Both the position numbers and the translations under genes were made by a program. Shown piece after piece: positions 9,465 through 19,140 of a stretch of DNA of 64,000 bases (its first letter is position 1; each line of letters starts with the position of its first letter). The notes below the pieces were generated by a model, which had not been told where the DNA came from, did not search any database, and saw nothing but the letters and a program-made list of their open reading frames with translations. Source of the DNA: Bryobacterales bacterium (GTDB lineage: Bacteria; Acidobacteriota; Terriglobia; Bryobacterales; Bryobacteraceae); the NCBI GenBank assembly GCA_003136575.1, contig PLEX01000119.1:4515-68514 (forward strand), given 5' to 3'.

Positions 9465-12400
9465 TTGCGAAATCCACGCATTGAAGAACTGTTTTCCGGC
9501 CTGGGGCGAAGCGCAGGATTACAGGCGCTCGTGCAGCGTCTCGCGGGCGATGGCCCAGCCCGGTTGCTGCGCCTCTCGGGGCTGACGCTGACCGCGAAGG
9601 CCGCTTATTCCGCGGTACTCTACCGCGCCACCGGCCGGCAGCAGATCCTGATCGCGGATGGCAGCAAACAAGCCGAGGCGATGTTTCCCGCGATCGGCAC
9701 ATTCTGCGATCTGCTCGGCATCGCGCGACCGCCGTTGCTGTTGCCGGCGCTCGACGTGTTGCCGGGCCAGGGAATGTCGCCTCACGCCGAGATCCTCGCC
9801 GCGCGCGCCGACGTCTTCGATCGGCTATCGAAAGGCGAAGCGGGCATCGTGGTGATGCCGATCGCCGCCGCGCTGGTTCGCACGAATCCGCCCGAATATT
9901 ACAGGCAATTGACTCTTTCGCTGCGCCTGCACGACGAGATGCCGCTCGACGATCTCGCGGCGCACCTTGAAAGCATCGGCTACGAGCGGCACGATCCGGT
10001 GGAAATGGCGGGCGAGTATTCCATTCGCGGCGGCATCGTCGACGTGTTCCCGCCGGGACAGGATGAGCCGCTGCGCATCGAGTTTTTCGGCGACGAAATC
10101 GAATCCATCAGGCGGTTCGATCCGGCTACGCAGCGCTCCACAGGCAAGCTAACCGAATGCGTGCTCCAGCCGCTCACCGAGTTTCAGAAGTCGCGCGCGG
10201 TTCTGTCCGAACTGGCGGGTCACATGCGCGAAGCCGGGCTGCAAGGTCTGGAACTGCCCGCTGAGGGCGAGGCCTTTGCCGGGTGGGAAACGCTGGTGCC
10301 CGCGCTGCATCCCCGCGAATCGACCATCCTCGATTTCTTTCACAAGCCGATCGTCGTGATCGACGAGCCGGAACTGACCGTGGCCGCGGCGGAGCGCCTG
10401 TGGATACGCCTGCAGGCCGCGCCGGAGTACGCAAACGCCGAAGCGGGCATGATCGCATGGGAGCCGTTTCTCGCGAAGGCCCGCGCGCACGATGTCATCG
10501 AAACGCGGCTGATCGATACCAGACAGGGCGTAATGGGGCAGGATCCAGCGGACCCGGGCGGCGACGGCAACGACAGCTTCCACATCCCCACCCGCCCGTC
10601 TCTCGCGTTCCACGGCAATCTCCAGTTCGCCATCAAAGAAGCGAAGACGCTGATCGAAGCCGGCTCGCATATCGCATTCTTCGCGCCGACGGCGGGCGAA
10701 CTCGAGCGCATCGCCGACGTGTTTACCGAATACGAGATTCGATATCAGATCGATCTCGGCGGCATCGTGCCGGAGCATCTGCGGGAGCGCGCGCAACCCG
10801 CGTTGGCGGCAGTGGCGCTGGTTCGCGGCGACATCGCGCGCGGGACCGTGTTTACGGAAGCCGGTCTGGTGGTTTTCGGCGCGGAGGATCTTTTCGATTC
10901 ACCCGACACGGCGGCGAAACCAATCCGGCTGAGCGCGGGCGCATTTTCCGCCGATCAGTTCGATCTCAAAGCGGGCGATTACGTGGTCCACGCGGAACAT
11001 GGCGTGGGGCAGTTCCTCGGGATTCGCGAGATCGCGCAGGGCGATACCAAAGGCGACTACATGCTGCTCGAATACGCGGGCGGCAATAAGCTCTACGTGC
11101 CGCTCGCGCGCATGGATCTGGTGCAGCGCTTTCGGGGCGAGGGCGAAACGAAGCCGCAACTCGACCGCATGGGAGGAGCCACCTGGGCCCGCACCAAGAC
11201 ACGCATCAAGACAAAGATGCGCGACATGGCCGAGGAACTTCTCAAGCTGTATGCGCAGCGCAAGCTCGCGCAGGGCTTTTCCTTTTCCGCCGATAGCAAC
11301 TGGCAGCGCGAATTCGAAGACGCGTTCGAGTTTACCGAGACGCGCGATCAGAAGACGGCCATCGCCGATATCAAGCGCGACATGGAAGGCAGCCAGCCGA
11401 TGGACCGCTTGCTCTGCGGAGACGTGGGTTACGGCAAGACCGAAGTCGTGATGCGCGCGGCGTTCAAGGCGCTGGGCGACGGCAAACAGGTTGCCGTTCT
11501 CGCCCCGACCACCGTTCTTTGCTTCCAGCATTTCGAAACTTTCAAAAAGCGTTTTCAATCGTTCCCGGTGCGCATGGAGATGTTCAGCCGCTTCCGCAGC
11601 GCGAAGGAAATCAAAGCGGCGCTGGAGGATCTGGCCGAGGGCAAGATCGATATGGCCCTCGGCACGCACCGGCTGTTTTCAAAGGACGTGGTCTGGAAGG
11701 ATCTTGGCCTCGTCATCATCGACGAAGAGCAGCGCTTCGGTGTGAAGCACAAGGAACGGCTGAAGGAGATCTGCGCGAAAGTGGACGTCATTACGATGAG
11801 CGCGACGCCGATCCCGCGCACGCTGCACATGTCGCTTCTGGGGCTGCGCGATATGTCGGTGATCGAGACGCCACCGCGCGATCGCCTGGCGATCCACACC
11901 GTTGTTGCGCCGATCACGCCGGAGCTGGTGCGCTCCGCCATCGAAATGGAACTGGCGCGCGGCGGGCAGGTTTATTTCGTTCACAACCGGATCGAATCGA
12001 TCTGGCATCGCGCCGCCATGGTCCAGGAGCTGTTCCCGCAGGCGCGCATCGGCGTCGGACACGGGCAGATGGGCGAGGCGGAACTGGAGCGGGTGATGCT
12101 GGGCTTCATGCGGCACGAGTTCGACATCTTCGTCTCGACGACGATCGTGGAGAACGGCCTCGACATTCCGCTGGCCAACACCATGATCATCGAACATGCC
12201 GAACGGTACGGGCTTTCGGAGCTGTATCAGTTGCGTGGCCGTGTGGGGCGGTCGAATCGCAGGGCATACTGCTATCTGCTGATCGAGCCGCACACGGAAT
12301 TGACGGAGGTCGCGCGCAAGCGCCTCGCGGCGCTGAAAGAGTTCTCCGACCTGGGCGCGGGCTTTCGCATCGCCGCGCTCGATCTGGAACTGCGCGGCGC

Positions 12401-12956
12401 GGGCAATCTGCTGGGCGGCGAGCAGCACGGGCACATCAATGCGATCGGCTTCGACATGTATATCCGAATGCTGGAAGACACGGTGCGCGAGCTGCGCGGC
12501 GAAGAAGTCGCGCCGGAGATTCATTCCGCGCTGAACCTTGGCCTCGATCTCCGTATTCCCGCGAACTATATTTCGGACGAGAATCAGCGGCTGCGGGCTT
12601 ATAAACGAATCGCTCAATCGGCGACGCCGGAAGAGAGTACGAAGCTGGAACTGGAACTGGCGGATCGCTACGGGCCGGTGCCGGAAGATATCCGCTATCT
12701 GATGCGCTATTCGGCGATTAAGACGATGGCGGAGAAGATCGGCATCGAGGCCATCGACCGGAGGGGGCCGGTGCTGAACGTGAAGTTCCACGAGAAAACG
12801 ACGGTGGATGGCGAAAAGCTGATGGCGCTGGTCGCGGTGACGCGCAACGCGCAGTTCACTCCCGCCGGCGTGTTGCGCCTGCCGATGGAGGGTGCGGTGA
12901 CGCCCGCGGCGGTGCTCGGCTTCATTGAAACCGGGCTCGTCGGCGCGCTGGCGTAA
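9465..12956 (+). CDS. mfd: transcription-repair coupling factor Mfd
   Basis: 1163-aa ORF with a TTG start. UvrB-homology N-terminus, CarD/RNAP-interacting domain (GDYVVHAEHGVGQFLGI), SF2 helicase motifs (LLCGDVGYGKTEV, IIDEEQRFG, MSATPIPRTL, QLRGRVGRS) and a TRG region. Confidence 0.95.
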   Translation: MRNPRIEELFSGLGRSAGLQALVQRLAGDGPARLLRLSGLTLTAKAAYSAVLYRATGRQQILIADGSKQAEAMFPAIGTFCDLLGIARPPLLLPALDVLPGQGMSPHAEILAARADVFDRLSKGEAGIVVMPIAAALVRTNPPEYYRQLTLSLRLHDEMPLDDLAAHLESIGYERHDPVEMAGEYSIRGGIVDVFPPGQDEPLRIEFFGDEIESIRRFDPATQRSTGKLTECVLQPLTEFQKSRAVLSELAGHMREAGLQGLELPAEGEAFAGWETLVPALHPRESTILDFFHKPIVVIDEPELTVAAAERLWIRLQAAPEYANAEAGMIAWEPFLAKARAHDVIETRLIDTRQGVMGQDPADPGGDGNDSFHIPTRPSLAFHGNLQFAIKEAKTLIEAGSHIAFFAPTAGELERIADVFTEYEIRYQIDLGGIVPEHLRERAQPALAAVALVRGDIARGTVFTEAGLVVFGAEDLFDSPDTAAKPIRLSAGAFSADQFDLKAGDYVVHAEHGVGQFLGIREIAQGDTKGDYMLLEYAGGNKLYVPLARMDLVQRFRGEGETKPQLDRMGGATWARTKTRIKTKMRDMAEELLKLYAQRKLAQGFSFSADSNWQREFEDAFEFTETRDQKTAIADIKRDMEGSQPMDRLLCGDVGYGKTEVVMRAAFKALGDGKQVAVLAPTTVLCFQHFETFKKRFQSFPVRMEMFSRFRSAKEIKAALEDLAEGKIDMALGTHRLFSKDVVWKDLGLVIIDEEQRFGVKHKERLKEICAKVDVITMSATPIPRTLHMSLLGLRDMSVIETPPRDRLAIHTVVAPITPELVRSAIEMELARGGQVYFVHNRIESIWHRAAMVQELFPQARIGVGHGQMGEAELERVMLGFMRHEFDIFVSTTIVENGLDIPLANTMIIEHAERYGLSELYQLRGRVGRSNRRAYCYLLIEPHTELTEVARKRLAALKEFSDLGAGFRIAALDLELRGAGNLLGGEQHGHINAIGFDMYIRMLEDTVRELRGEEVAPEIHSALNLGLDLRIPANYISDENQRLRAYKRIAQSATPEESTKLELELADRYGPVPEDIRYLMRYSAIKTMAEKIGIEAIDRRGPVLNVKFHEKTTVDGEKLMALVAVTRNAQFTPAGVLRLPMEGAVTPAAVLGFIETGLVGALA

Positions 12957-13125
12957 TAGTTGCCGCGTTGCGGTCAAATCCCTATACGGCGCACATCGGT
13001 ATGAACCGCGATAAATGGGTAAGCGGTTCCGGCCTCTGGGAGATTGTGCAAGGAGTGCTTGCACGAATCGGAACGACTGGCACGACCGAGCTGGCGTTTG
13101 CGCTATGCTTTTATTTAGGTTCGTT

Positions 13126-13485
13126 ATGAGTATCCAATTGGCTCCCGATTTCGAAGCCGGGCGACGAGCGGCGGCCGCCGCTCGTGGAATGGGTATAGAT
13201 GCGTTGGTCGCCACGGCGGTCAACGCATTCCCTGGCGAGACGCCTACACGGCCGGTTGCGACGCCGCCTCCCCGTGATCGCTCCGCTGAGGTGGCGTGAG
13301 CCGCCAACCCCGATGCGCAGTTTCTCGGCAAGTGGGTCGTGCTGGAGCGCGGTCATGTCTTCGCGAGCAGCTCGAATCCGAAGCAGCTTTATGAGGACGT
13401 GCGGGAGAGAGGAATCTCCTCGCCATTCCTGATCTTTGTTTCCCCCGACGAACAAGAGCCGTTTGCCGGCGGGTCGGTCGATTGA
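13126..13485 (+). pseudogene. RHH-like / DUF5678-like ORF interrupted by an in-frame TGA at 13297-13299
   Basis: MSIQLAPDFEAGRRAAAAARGMGIDALVATAVNAF...SAEVA, then TGA, then in the same frame AANPDAQFLGKWVVLERGHVFASSSNPKQLYEDVRERGISSPFLIFVSPDEQEPFAGGSVD. The second part has no usable start codon of its own. Confidence 0.5.
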
Positions 13486-13865
13486 GTTCGCTGGACTTCG
13501 ACGTCGATTACGCGGACGCAGCCTCTGGAATACTTGTCCCGGTTCGATTGATCCGCGGTGACCGAAGCGTGGAATTAACAGCGCGGCTGGACATTGGGGC
13601 TGTAGACTGTCTTTTTGACCGCTTCGTACCCAGATGCCCTGGAGCTTCCCGAATCGGGGGTCGAGAGGCATTATCGGACCGTCACGGGTTCGTTCCGGGC
13701 CTTCGGGCCCCAGATCACAATCGAGATCCTTGGTCTCCAATGGTCGGCTCTGGCGTTTTTCCATGCTATGGAATCCCGCCCGCGTTTTTGGGCCGTCGCG
13801 GCTGGCTGGATCGTGTCCGACTCGGAATCGTGCATGACGAACGGAGATTGTTCCTCGGGCACTAA
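13482..13865 (+). pseudogene. retropepsin-like aspartic protease with two compensating frameshifts
   Basis: The N-terminus (VPVRLIRGDRSVELTARLDIGAVDCLF; DIGA in place of DTGA) and the C-terminus (PAFLGRRGWLDRVRLGIVHDERRLFLG) share one frame. The middle (YPDALELPESGVERHYRTVTGSFRAFGPQITIEILGLQWSALAFF) reads in the +1 frame from about 13620 to 13770. Its TTG start overlaps the upstream stop (TTGA). Confidence 0.5.
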
Positions 13866-13989
13866 CCGGCGACTCGGTGCCGTTGCCGAATTAGTCTGAA
13901 CAATCCTCCGAGCGTGTGCAGCCCGAACCACTTACCGGCGGTTCGGGTTCACAGAAGCCCCGCGTCGCCGAAGCATGACGGGAAATCAT

Positions 13990-16900
13990 TCACGCCGCTA
14001 CGCCCCGCTCGGTTGTGGCGATGGCGTACGTTTCGCCGGCTTCGTTCGCCAGAGGAGAAGCGATGAGAGACACCTGCAGGATTTTCCCGTCTTTCGTTAC
14101 CCTTTGCGCGATTTGCGGTTCCAGACCGCCGGACAGGCACAATTGCCGCATGGCCGCTAACGTCTGCTCCCGATTGTCTTTGGTCATCAGGTCGCGGATA
14201 TTCATCGCCAACGCCTCGGCTTCCGTCCAACCGTACATTCTCTCGGCCCCGCGATTCCAGGCCAGAATGCGGCCCGTCATGTCCTGCATCAGAATGGAGT
14301 CGCGGGAGTCGCGCACCACCGCGGCCAGGCGTTGCAGGGCTTCGGAATTCCGCAGCGCAATTTGCGCGTTTTTCAGAACAGAAATATCCGTAAAGGTGAT
14401 GACCGCGCCCTCAATCACGTTCTCGAGCGTCCGGTAGGGGCGAATCCGCAGCAGGTACCACTCGCCTGAATTGGTTTGCACTTCCAGTTCTCTCGGAACC
14501 AGAGTCTCCAACACGCCCTTCACGTCCGGCGCCAGACGATCATAGCCGACCAGGTTGTTGCGGATCTGGTCAACCGGGCGCCCCACATCGGTTTCGATCA
14601 GGTTGATCAGCGTCGCAACGGGAGGAGTGAAGCGAAGAATCCGCAGGAGATGGTCCACAAAAAGCGTGGCGATCCCCGTGCCGCTCAGCAGATTGACCAT
14701 ATCGTTGTTGGAGCGCGACAGATCGGCCACTTTGGCCTGTAGTTCGACATTGACCGTGGCAAGTTCCTCGTTGACCGATTGCAGCTCTTCTTTGGATGTC
14801 TCCAGTTCCTCGTTGGTCGATTGCATCTCCTCGTTCACCGACTGCATTTCTTCGTGGGCGGAACGGAGTTCCTCGTTGGAAGTCTCCAGTTCTTCGATAG
14901 TCGTCTGCAGATATTCGTCTTTGCCCCTCAGTTCCTGCTTCAGCCGGAGAATATAGGCATCGAGATCGGGGCCGAGTGTTGCCACGCCTTCCACGGCATC
15001 CACGGCCGCCTCTGTGGAGATCCTCGGATCCGCCACCGTTTTCTCTTCGAGAACCACCAGAAAAAGTGTGTGTGGCGCGGTGCCTTCGGTGTTCCCCGCC
15101 ACGGGAAGGACTGTGAGGTCCACGGTAGTAAAAGTTTCGTCGCTTTTCACGCGCAACCCCGCCTGGTGTGCGGAAATTCCCTGTGACATTGCCCGGTGCA
15201 GCGTGATCGTCAGATCGCCCCGCAACCCTTCGCGAGCCATACGGAAGATATTCAGGCTGGCCTCGCCCGGGGTCGGTTCCAGATAGCGGCCGGTGCGGCC
15301 GAGCAGGTACAGGATATCGCCGCGTTCGTTCACGAGCGCGCCAACCGGAGAGTAATGCGTCAGCAGAGTCCGCATGACGATCTCATGCAGGGGAAGGCTC
15401 CTGTTGTTTCCTGGACCGCTTACTGCCTGAATTGCGATTTCGTGTTCCGGCGGGCGATAAGATCTTCCGCTAACCATACGGGGGGGGGCGGATTCACCCA
15501 CATTGCGCCGAAAGATCTTGGCGTTGCGATCCACGGTCGAAAAGAGGTCCGAAAACTCTCCCACGCTTTCCGAAGAGCCCAGCACCAGGAAACCGCCGGA
15601 ATTCAACGCATAATGAAACAGGGGCATGAGCCTTTTTTGAAGTTCCGGACCCATATAGATCAGAAGATTACGGCAACTGATCAGGTCCAGTTTCGAGAAA
15701 GGGGGGTCTTTGATGAGATCGTGCTCGGAAAAAATGAGCATGTCGCGAATGGTTCTGTGGATGCGGTAGGCACTGCCGTCCGGGTTGTCCTGGTCGAAAA
15801 AGTGAGCCAGCCGCTCAGCCGAGACATCGGCGATGATACTGGACGGATAGATGCCGGCACGGGCATGGTCGATAGCCTCGCGGTCGATATCGGTGGCGAA
15901 GACCTGCACTTTGAAATTCTCTTTCATTTCTTCCATGAGTTCCCGAAGCAGTATGGCGAGGGAATAGGCTTCTTCGCCCGTGGAACAACCGGGGACCCAG
16001 ACGCGGATCACCGAACCCGCGGTCTTGCCCGCGAGAAGTTGCGGGACGACCTGTTTGCGGATCGTCTCGAAAATCTCGGTGTCGCGGAAGAAATTGGTGA
16101 CGCCGATCAGGAGGTCGCGAAAGAGCGCGTCCACTTCGTCACGGGTGAGCTGCAGATAGCGAAGATAGTCCTCCATCCGGTCGATCTGGTGGACGGCCAT
16201 GCGGCGCGCAACGCGGCGCAGGACGGTGTTCCGTTTGTACAGAGAAAAATCGTGGCCGGTTCGCGAGCGCAGGAGGAGAAAGATCCTTTCGAGTCCGTCA
16301 CCCGAAAGAGGAGCCTGCGAGGAGACCGGAACCAGGGTGTGGGTGAACGTGCGGGATGCATAGTCGAGGAGTTTGGCCGGCATCTGGTTCGGAGGCAACA
16401 CAAAATCCACCATACCTGTCGCGATGGCGCTGCGGGGCATGCCGTCGAACTCGGTCGTTTCGGGAGTCTGTGCCATCACCATGCCACCCTCGCCCTTGAC
16501 TGCGCGGACGCCCAGGGTACCGTCGCTGCCGGTGCCCGAGAGCACAATGCAGATGGCGCGATCATGCTGGTCCTGAGCCAGAGAGCGGAAGAAAAAATCG
16601 ATGGGGAGCCGGACGCCGCGGGCCAGCGTCGGTTCGAGCAACTGCAAGGCGCCGTTCATCAGGGCCATATCGCGATTGGGCGGGATGATGTAGGCGCAAT
16701 TCGGCTTGACCACCATTCCATCCTCCACCTCAAAGACCTGCATTTTCGTGTAGCGGCGGATCAATTCGGAGAGAATGCTCTTGTGGTCCCGCGCCAGATG
16801 TTGCACCAGGACAAAAGCCATGCCCGGAGAGTTATTGGAGGGTACCGTGGAGAAGAAGGCTTCGAATGCAGCCACGCCTCCGGCAGACGCGCCTATCCCG

Positions 16901-17001
16901 ACGATCGGGAACGCCTGGGTGGGCTTGTCGGGCTGCGGCTCGACTTGTGCCGGATCGGCTGGTTCGTCCGGCGTCCGCGCGTTTTGGGTTGTTTCGGCCA
17001 T
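13990..17001 (-). CDS. CheB methylesterase / CheR methyltransferase fusion with coiled coil and C-terminal PAS domains
   Basis: CheB block (IVGIGASAGGVAAFEAFF, FVLVQHLARDH), CheR SAM-MTase block (VWVPGCSTGEEAYSLAILL, VFATDID), an NEEL-type coiled coil and two PAS-like domains. Start moved to ATG 17001 (MAETTQ), because the upstream 91 codons of the ORF look non-coding. Confidence 0.85.
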   Translation of the reverse strand: MAETTQNARTPDEPADPAQVEPQPDKPTQAFPIVGIGASAGGVAAFEAFFSTVPSNNSPGMAFVLVQHLARDHKSILSELIRRYTKMQVFEVEDGMVVKPNCAYIIPPNRDMALMNGALQLLEPTLARGVRLPIDFFFRSLAQDQHDRAICIVLSGTGSDGTLGVRAVKGEGGMVMAQTPETTEFDGMPRSAIATGMVDFVLPPNQMPAKLLDYASRTFTHTLVPVSSQAPLSGDGLERIFLLLRSRTGHDFSLYKRNTVLRRVARRMAVHQIDRMEDYLRYLQLTRDEVDALFRDLLIGVTNFFRDTEIFETIRKQVVPQLLAGKTAGSVIRVWVPGCSTGEEAYSLAILLRELMEEMKENFKVQVFATDIDREAIDHARAGIYPSSIIADVSAERLAHFFDQDNPDGSAYRIHRTIRDMLIFSEHDLIKDPPFSKLDLISCRNLLIYMGPELQKRLMPLFHYALNSGGFLVLGSSESVGEFSDLFSTVDRNAKIFRRNVGESAPPRMVSGRSYRPPEHEIAIQAVSGPGNNRSLPLHEIVMRTLLTHYSPVGALVNERGDILYLLGRTGRYLEPTPGEASLNIFRMAREGLRGDLTITLHRAMSQGISAHQAGLRVKSDETFTTVDLTVLPVAGNTEGTAPHTLFLVVLEEKTVADPRISTEAAVDAVEGVATLGPDLDAYILRLKQELRGKDEYLQTTIEELETSNEELRSAHEEMQSVNEEMQSTNEELETSKEELQSVNEELATVNVELQAKVADLSRSNNDMVNLLSGTGIATLFVDHLLRILRFTPPVATLINLIETDVGRPVDQIRNNLVGYDRLAPDVKGVLETLVPRELEVQTNSGEWYLLRIRPYRTLENVIEGAVITFTDISVLKNAQIALRNSEALQRLAAVVRDSRDSILMQDMTGRILAWNRGAERMYGWTEAEALAMNIRDLMTKDNREQTLAAMRQLCLSGGLEPQIAQRVTKDGKILQVSLIASPLANEAGETYAIATTERGVAA
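14737..14910 (-). repeat. imperfect ~21-nt periodic repeats encoding the xxNEELxS coiled coil of the CheB/CheR fusion
   Basis: The protein reads IEELETSNEELRSAHEEMQSVNEEMQSTNEELETSKEELQSVNEELATVNVELQ. The DNA shows reiterated ctcctcgtt / ttcctcgtt units. Confidence 0.6.
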
Positions 17002-17258
17002 GATTTCGTCCCCGGTTTCCGTCACCAGGTTGATCGCTATATTCCCGAGTCTGGTGATCCGACAAATTGATGATAGAGCATCGGGGCAATCGCAACGCCA
17101 GACGCAATCGGCAGACGCCCGGGGTCCGATTTGTAGCGACGCGGTGTCAACGCGAGGGCCGGTGAGTAACCCGGCGAACCAATGAACGGTATTGCGCGTG
17201 CTCCGGCTAATCCCGACGCTGCATCCGAATCGATATAATGCAGCGCCACGAGGGAACC

Positions 17259-17717
17259 ATGAGGTCATATTCAACTACCACCGTTGCCGGAGCCGTCCTG
17301 ACGGCCGGTCTTTTCGCGTTTACCTCTTTCGCGCGCGATCACAACGAACTAAACGGCACCTGGACGCTTGTGCCCGCGAGCAGCGATTTTGCCGGCCAGC
17401 CGGTCGTTCAAACTGGCACCGTGACCATCGCCGATCGTGAAGGCGTGATCATCGTCTCCCGCAGCTTCGTGTATGAAGGCGCTACCGAGACGTTCTTCTA
17501 CCGCGATGTCACCGACAGCGAGCACGGCGATACGTTTCACACCGGCAAAGACCTCAAAAGCAAGACCGATTGGGATCACGACGTCCTGAAGGTGACGACC
17601 ACACGGTCCGGCGCGGTTACAGTCGAAAGCTACAGCCTTGCCGCTGACGGCACTATGCTGGTCAGCGTGGTACGGCCGGAGTATAAGCCGGTCACTCTGG
17701 TCTTCCGCCGCAATTAA
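17259..17717 (+). CDS. secreted hypothetical protein (beta-rich, lipocalin-like by composition)
   Basis: Start at ATG 17259 (MRSYSTTTVAGAVLTAGLFAFTSFA, a signal peptide). No family recognised. Confidence 0.55.
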   Translation: MRSYSTTTVAGAVLTAGLFAFTSFARDHNELNGTWTLVPASSDFAGQPVVQTGTVTIADREGVIIVSRSFVYEGATETFFYRDVTDSEHGDTFHTGKDLKSKTDWDHDVLKVTTTRSGAVTVESYSLAADGTMLVSVVRPEYKPVTLVFRRN

Positions 17718-17979
17718 ACCGGAGTTGGCTGCCTGAGCCTGGCAGCGAGGCCGTCCGTGGCGATGGGCGGTCATATGACGGGATATCGTCAAATCCCGGA
17801 GCCAGGTTGCTTCTGAATTCGCGATGTCCCCTTACGGCGAGAGTAAGATAGTCGGATCGCCGCGACTACCCTTCAGGGTCACGACGCGAAACCGGAATCC
17901 CGCGCGGCCGAAAAAACCGCATGCGGGCCTTATTCGAGAAAGATGTCCCGTCGGTCCCTCGGATGGCATGCGTGCGACT

Positions 17980-19140
17980 CTATAACCCAACTCGTTCCAT
18001 CCAGGCGGCAAGGTCCCCCAGATGCTCCCGGACTGCGGACGCATCCGACCGGAGCGCGGCCGACTCTATCATGGCGCCAAGTTCAGTGAGCCTCGGGAAA
18101 CCATAGCCGGAGCCCGTGCCTTTCATCTTGTGCGCGAGCCTCCGGATAACATCGAAATCCGCGTTTTCAAGGGCAGAACGACAGACCCGCATGTCGCCCC
18201 GACGTTTTTCGAGATAGGCGCCGACTATGGCCGCCATATCCTGATCCGCGTGAATCCGGCTGGACGCAGTTCCCGTATCCGGTCCCGGACTTCCGTAGGT
18301 TGCTACCGTTTTGAGCAATATCTCGCGGCGCAGCGGTTTGGAAAGCAGTTCCGTGAATCCCGCCTTATACGCCTTCATGGCTACTTTCGCGATGGTATGG
18401 GCCGTCAATCCCAGCACGGGACCAGGCGGGGTTCCCGTCTCTGTTTCGATACGCCGAATCTCGCGAACAGCCTCCTGGCCATCCATGACCGGCATTTCGA
18501 AATCCATGAGAACCAGATCGTAGCAACGGGTGCGAAAGAGTTCCACCGCGATCCTGCCGTTCTCGGCGGTGTCGATCACGCACCGGAGATCCTTCAAGAA
18601 CGCGACAGTCAGGAACCGGTCGGCTTCCGAATCGTCCGCCAGCAGAATACGAAAACCCGCGGTTCGACGCGGCAGATCCCCGGCTGCAACTTGCAGGATC
18701 TGCGCGTCATTCGAATCCGATGGCTCGTTCTGCACCTGAAACGCTTTTTCTCCTTTGTGGAACACTTGCACGACCCGGCCGCGCGGCGGGGCTTTGCGGG
18801 TATTCCTGAATTGCCTGCCGCCGCGCGTCGCGGCCCGCGCGCCTTTGATGAGCACGCGCACGGCCTGGGCGCGCCCCGCAGCTTTTGCCGGTGCTCCGGA
18901 ACTATTTTCGCCCACGCGCCGGGCAATCAGGTCGAGAGCCCAATTCCGCGAGCCGCCGGCCGCGCGGGAGACTTGCAAGGTTCCCCTTCCACGCGTCCGG
19001 GCATACAGGTCGCAACCATTATCCGAGTCCGCCACTAAGAAAAACCGGGAACGCCCGAAGGCCCGATGTTTCTCAAATGTCAGGAAAGGTCCATAATTCA
19101 ACTGTCCTGTCCGAGGCCTGGCCAAGCGTTGCCGGAACAA
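17980..19140 (-). CDS. response-regulator receiver + HPt phosphotransfer protein (N-terminal ~150 aa of unclear origin)
   Basis: REC domain (ILLADDSEADRF, DLVLMDFEMPVMDG, LSKPL) followed by HPt (RRLAHKMKGTGSGYGF). The N-terminal region (FFLVADSDNGCDL...AAGGSRNWALDLIARRV) looks like a degenerate HATPase_c tail. The true start is uncertain. Confidence 0.7.
   Translation of the reverse strand: MFRQRLARPRTGQLNYGPFLTFEKHRAFGRSRFFLVADSDNGCDLYARTRGRGTLQVSRAAGGSRNWALDLIARRVGENSSGAPAKAAGRAQAVRVLIKGARAATRGGRQFRNTRKAPPRGRVVQVFHKGEKAFQVQNEPSDSNDAQILQVAAGDLPRRTAGFRILLADDSEADRFLTVAFLKDLRCVIDTAENGRIAVELFRTRCYDLVLMDFEMPVMDGQEAVREIRRIETETGTPPGPVLGLTAHTIAKVAMKAYKAGFTELLSKPLRREILLKTVATYGSPGPDTGTASSRIHADQDMAAIVGAYLEKRRGDMRVCRSALENADFDVIRRLAHKMKGTGSGYGFPRLTELGAMIESAALRSDASAVREHLGDLAAWMERVGL

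Noticed and set aside
13297-13360. Selenocysteine insertion at the in-frame TGAs.
   Set aside because: No convincing SECIS-like hairpin lies 3' of the TGAs. The contexts (EVA-stop-AAN, QVN-stop-QDL) are not redox motifs; only GHC-stop-TGG at 49184 looks faintly CU-like. No sel genes occur in the window.
17002-17274. N-terminal extensions offered by the ORF track for several genes: CheB/CheR, icd, coaD, GT4, the TIM-barrel gene, MFS, argH and DUF2062.
   Set aside because: The extensions are Arg/Cys-rich, overlap neighbouring genes or relics, and precede internal starts where family-conserved N-termini or signal peptides begin.
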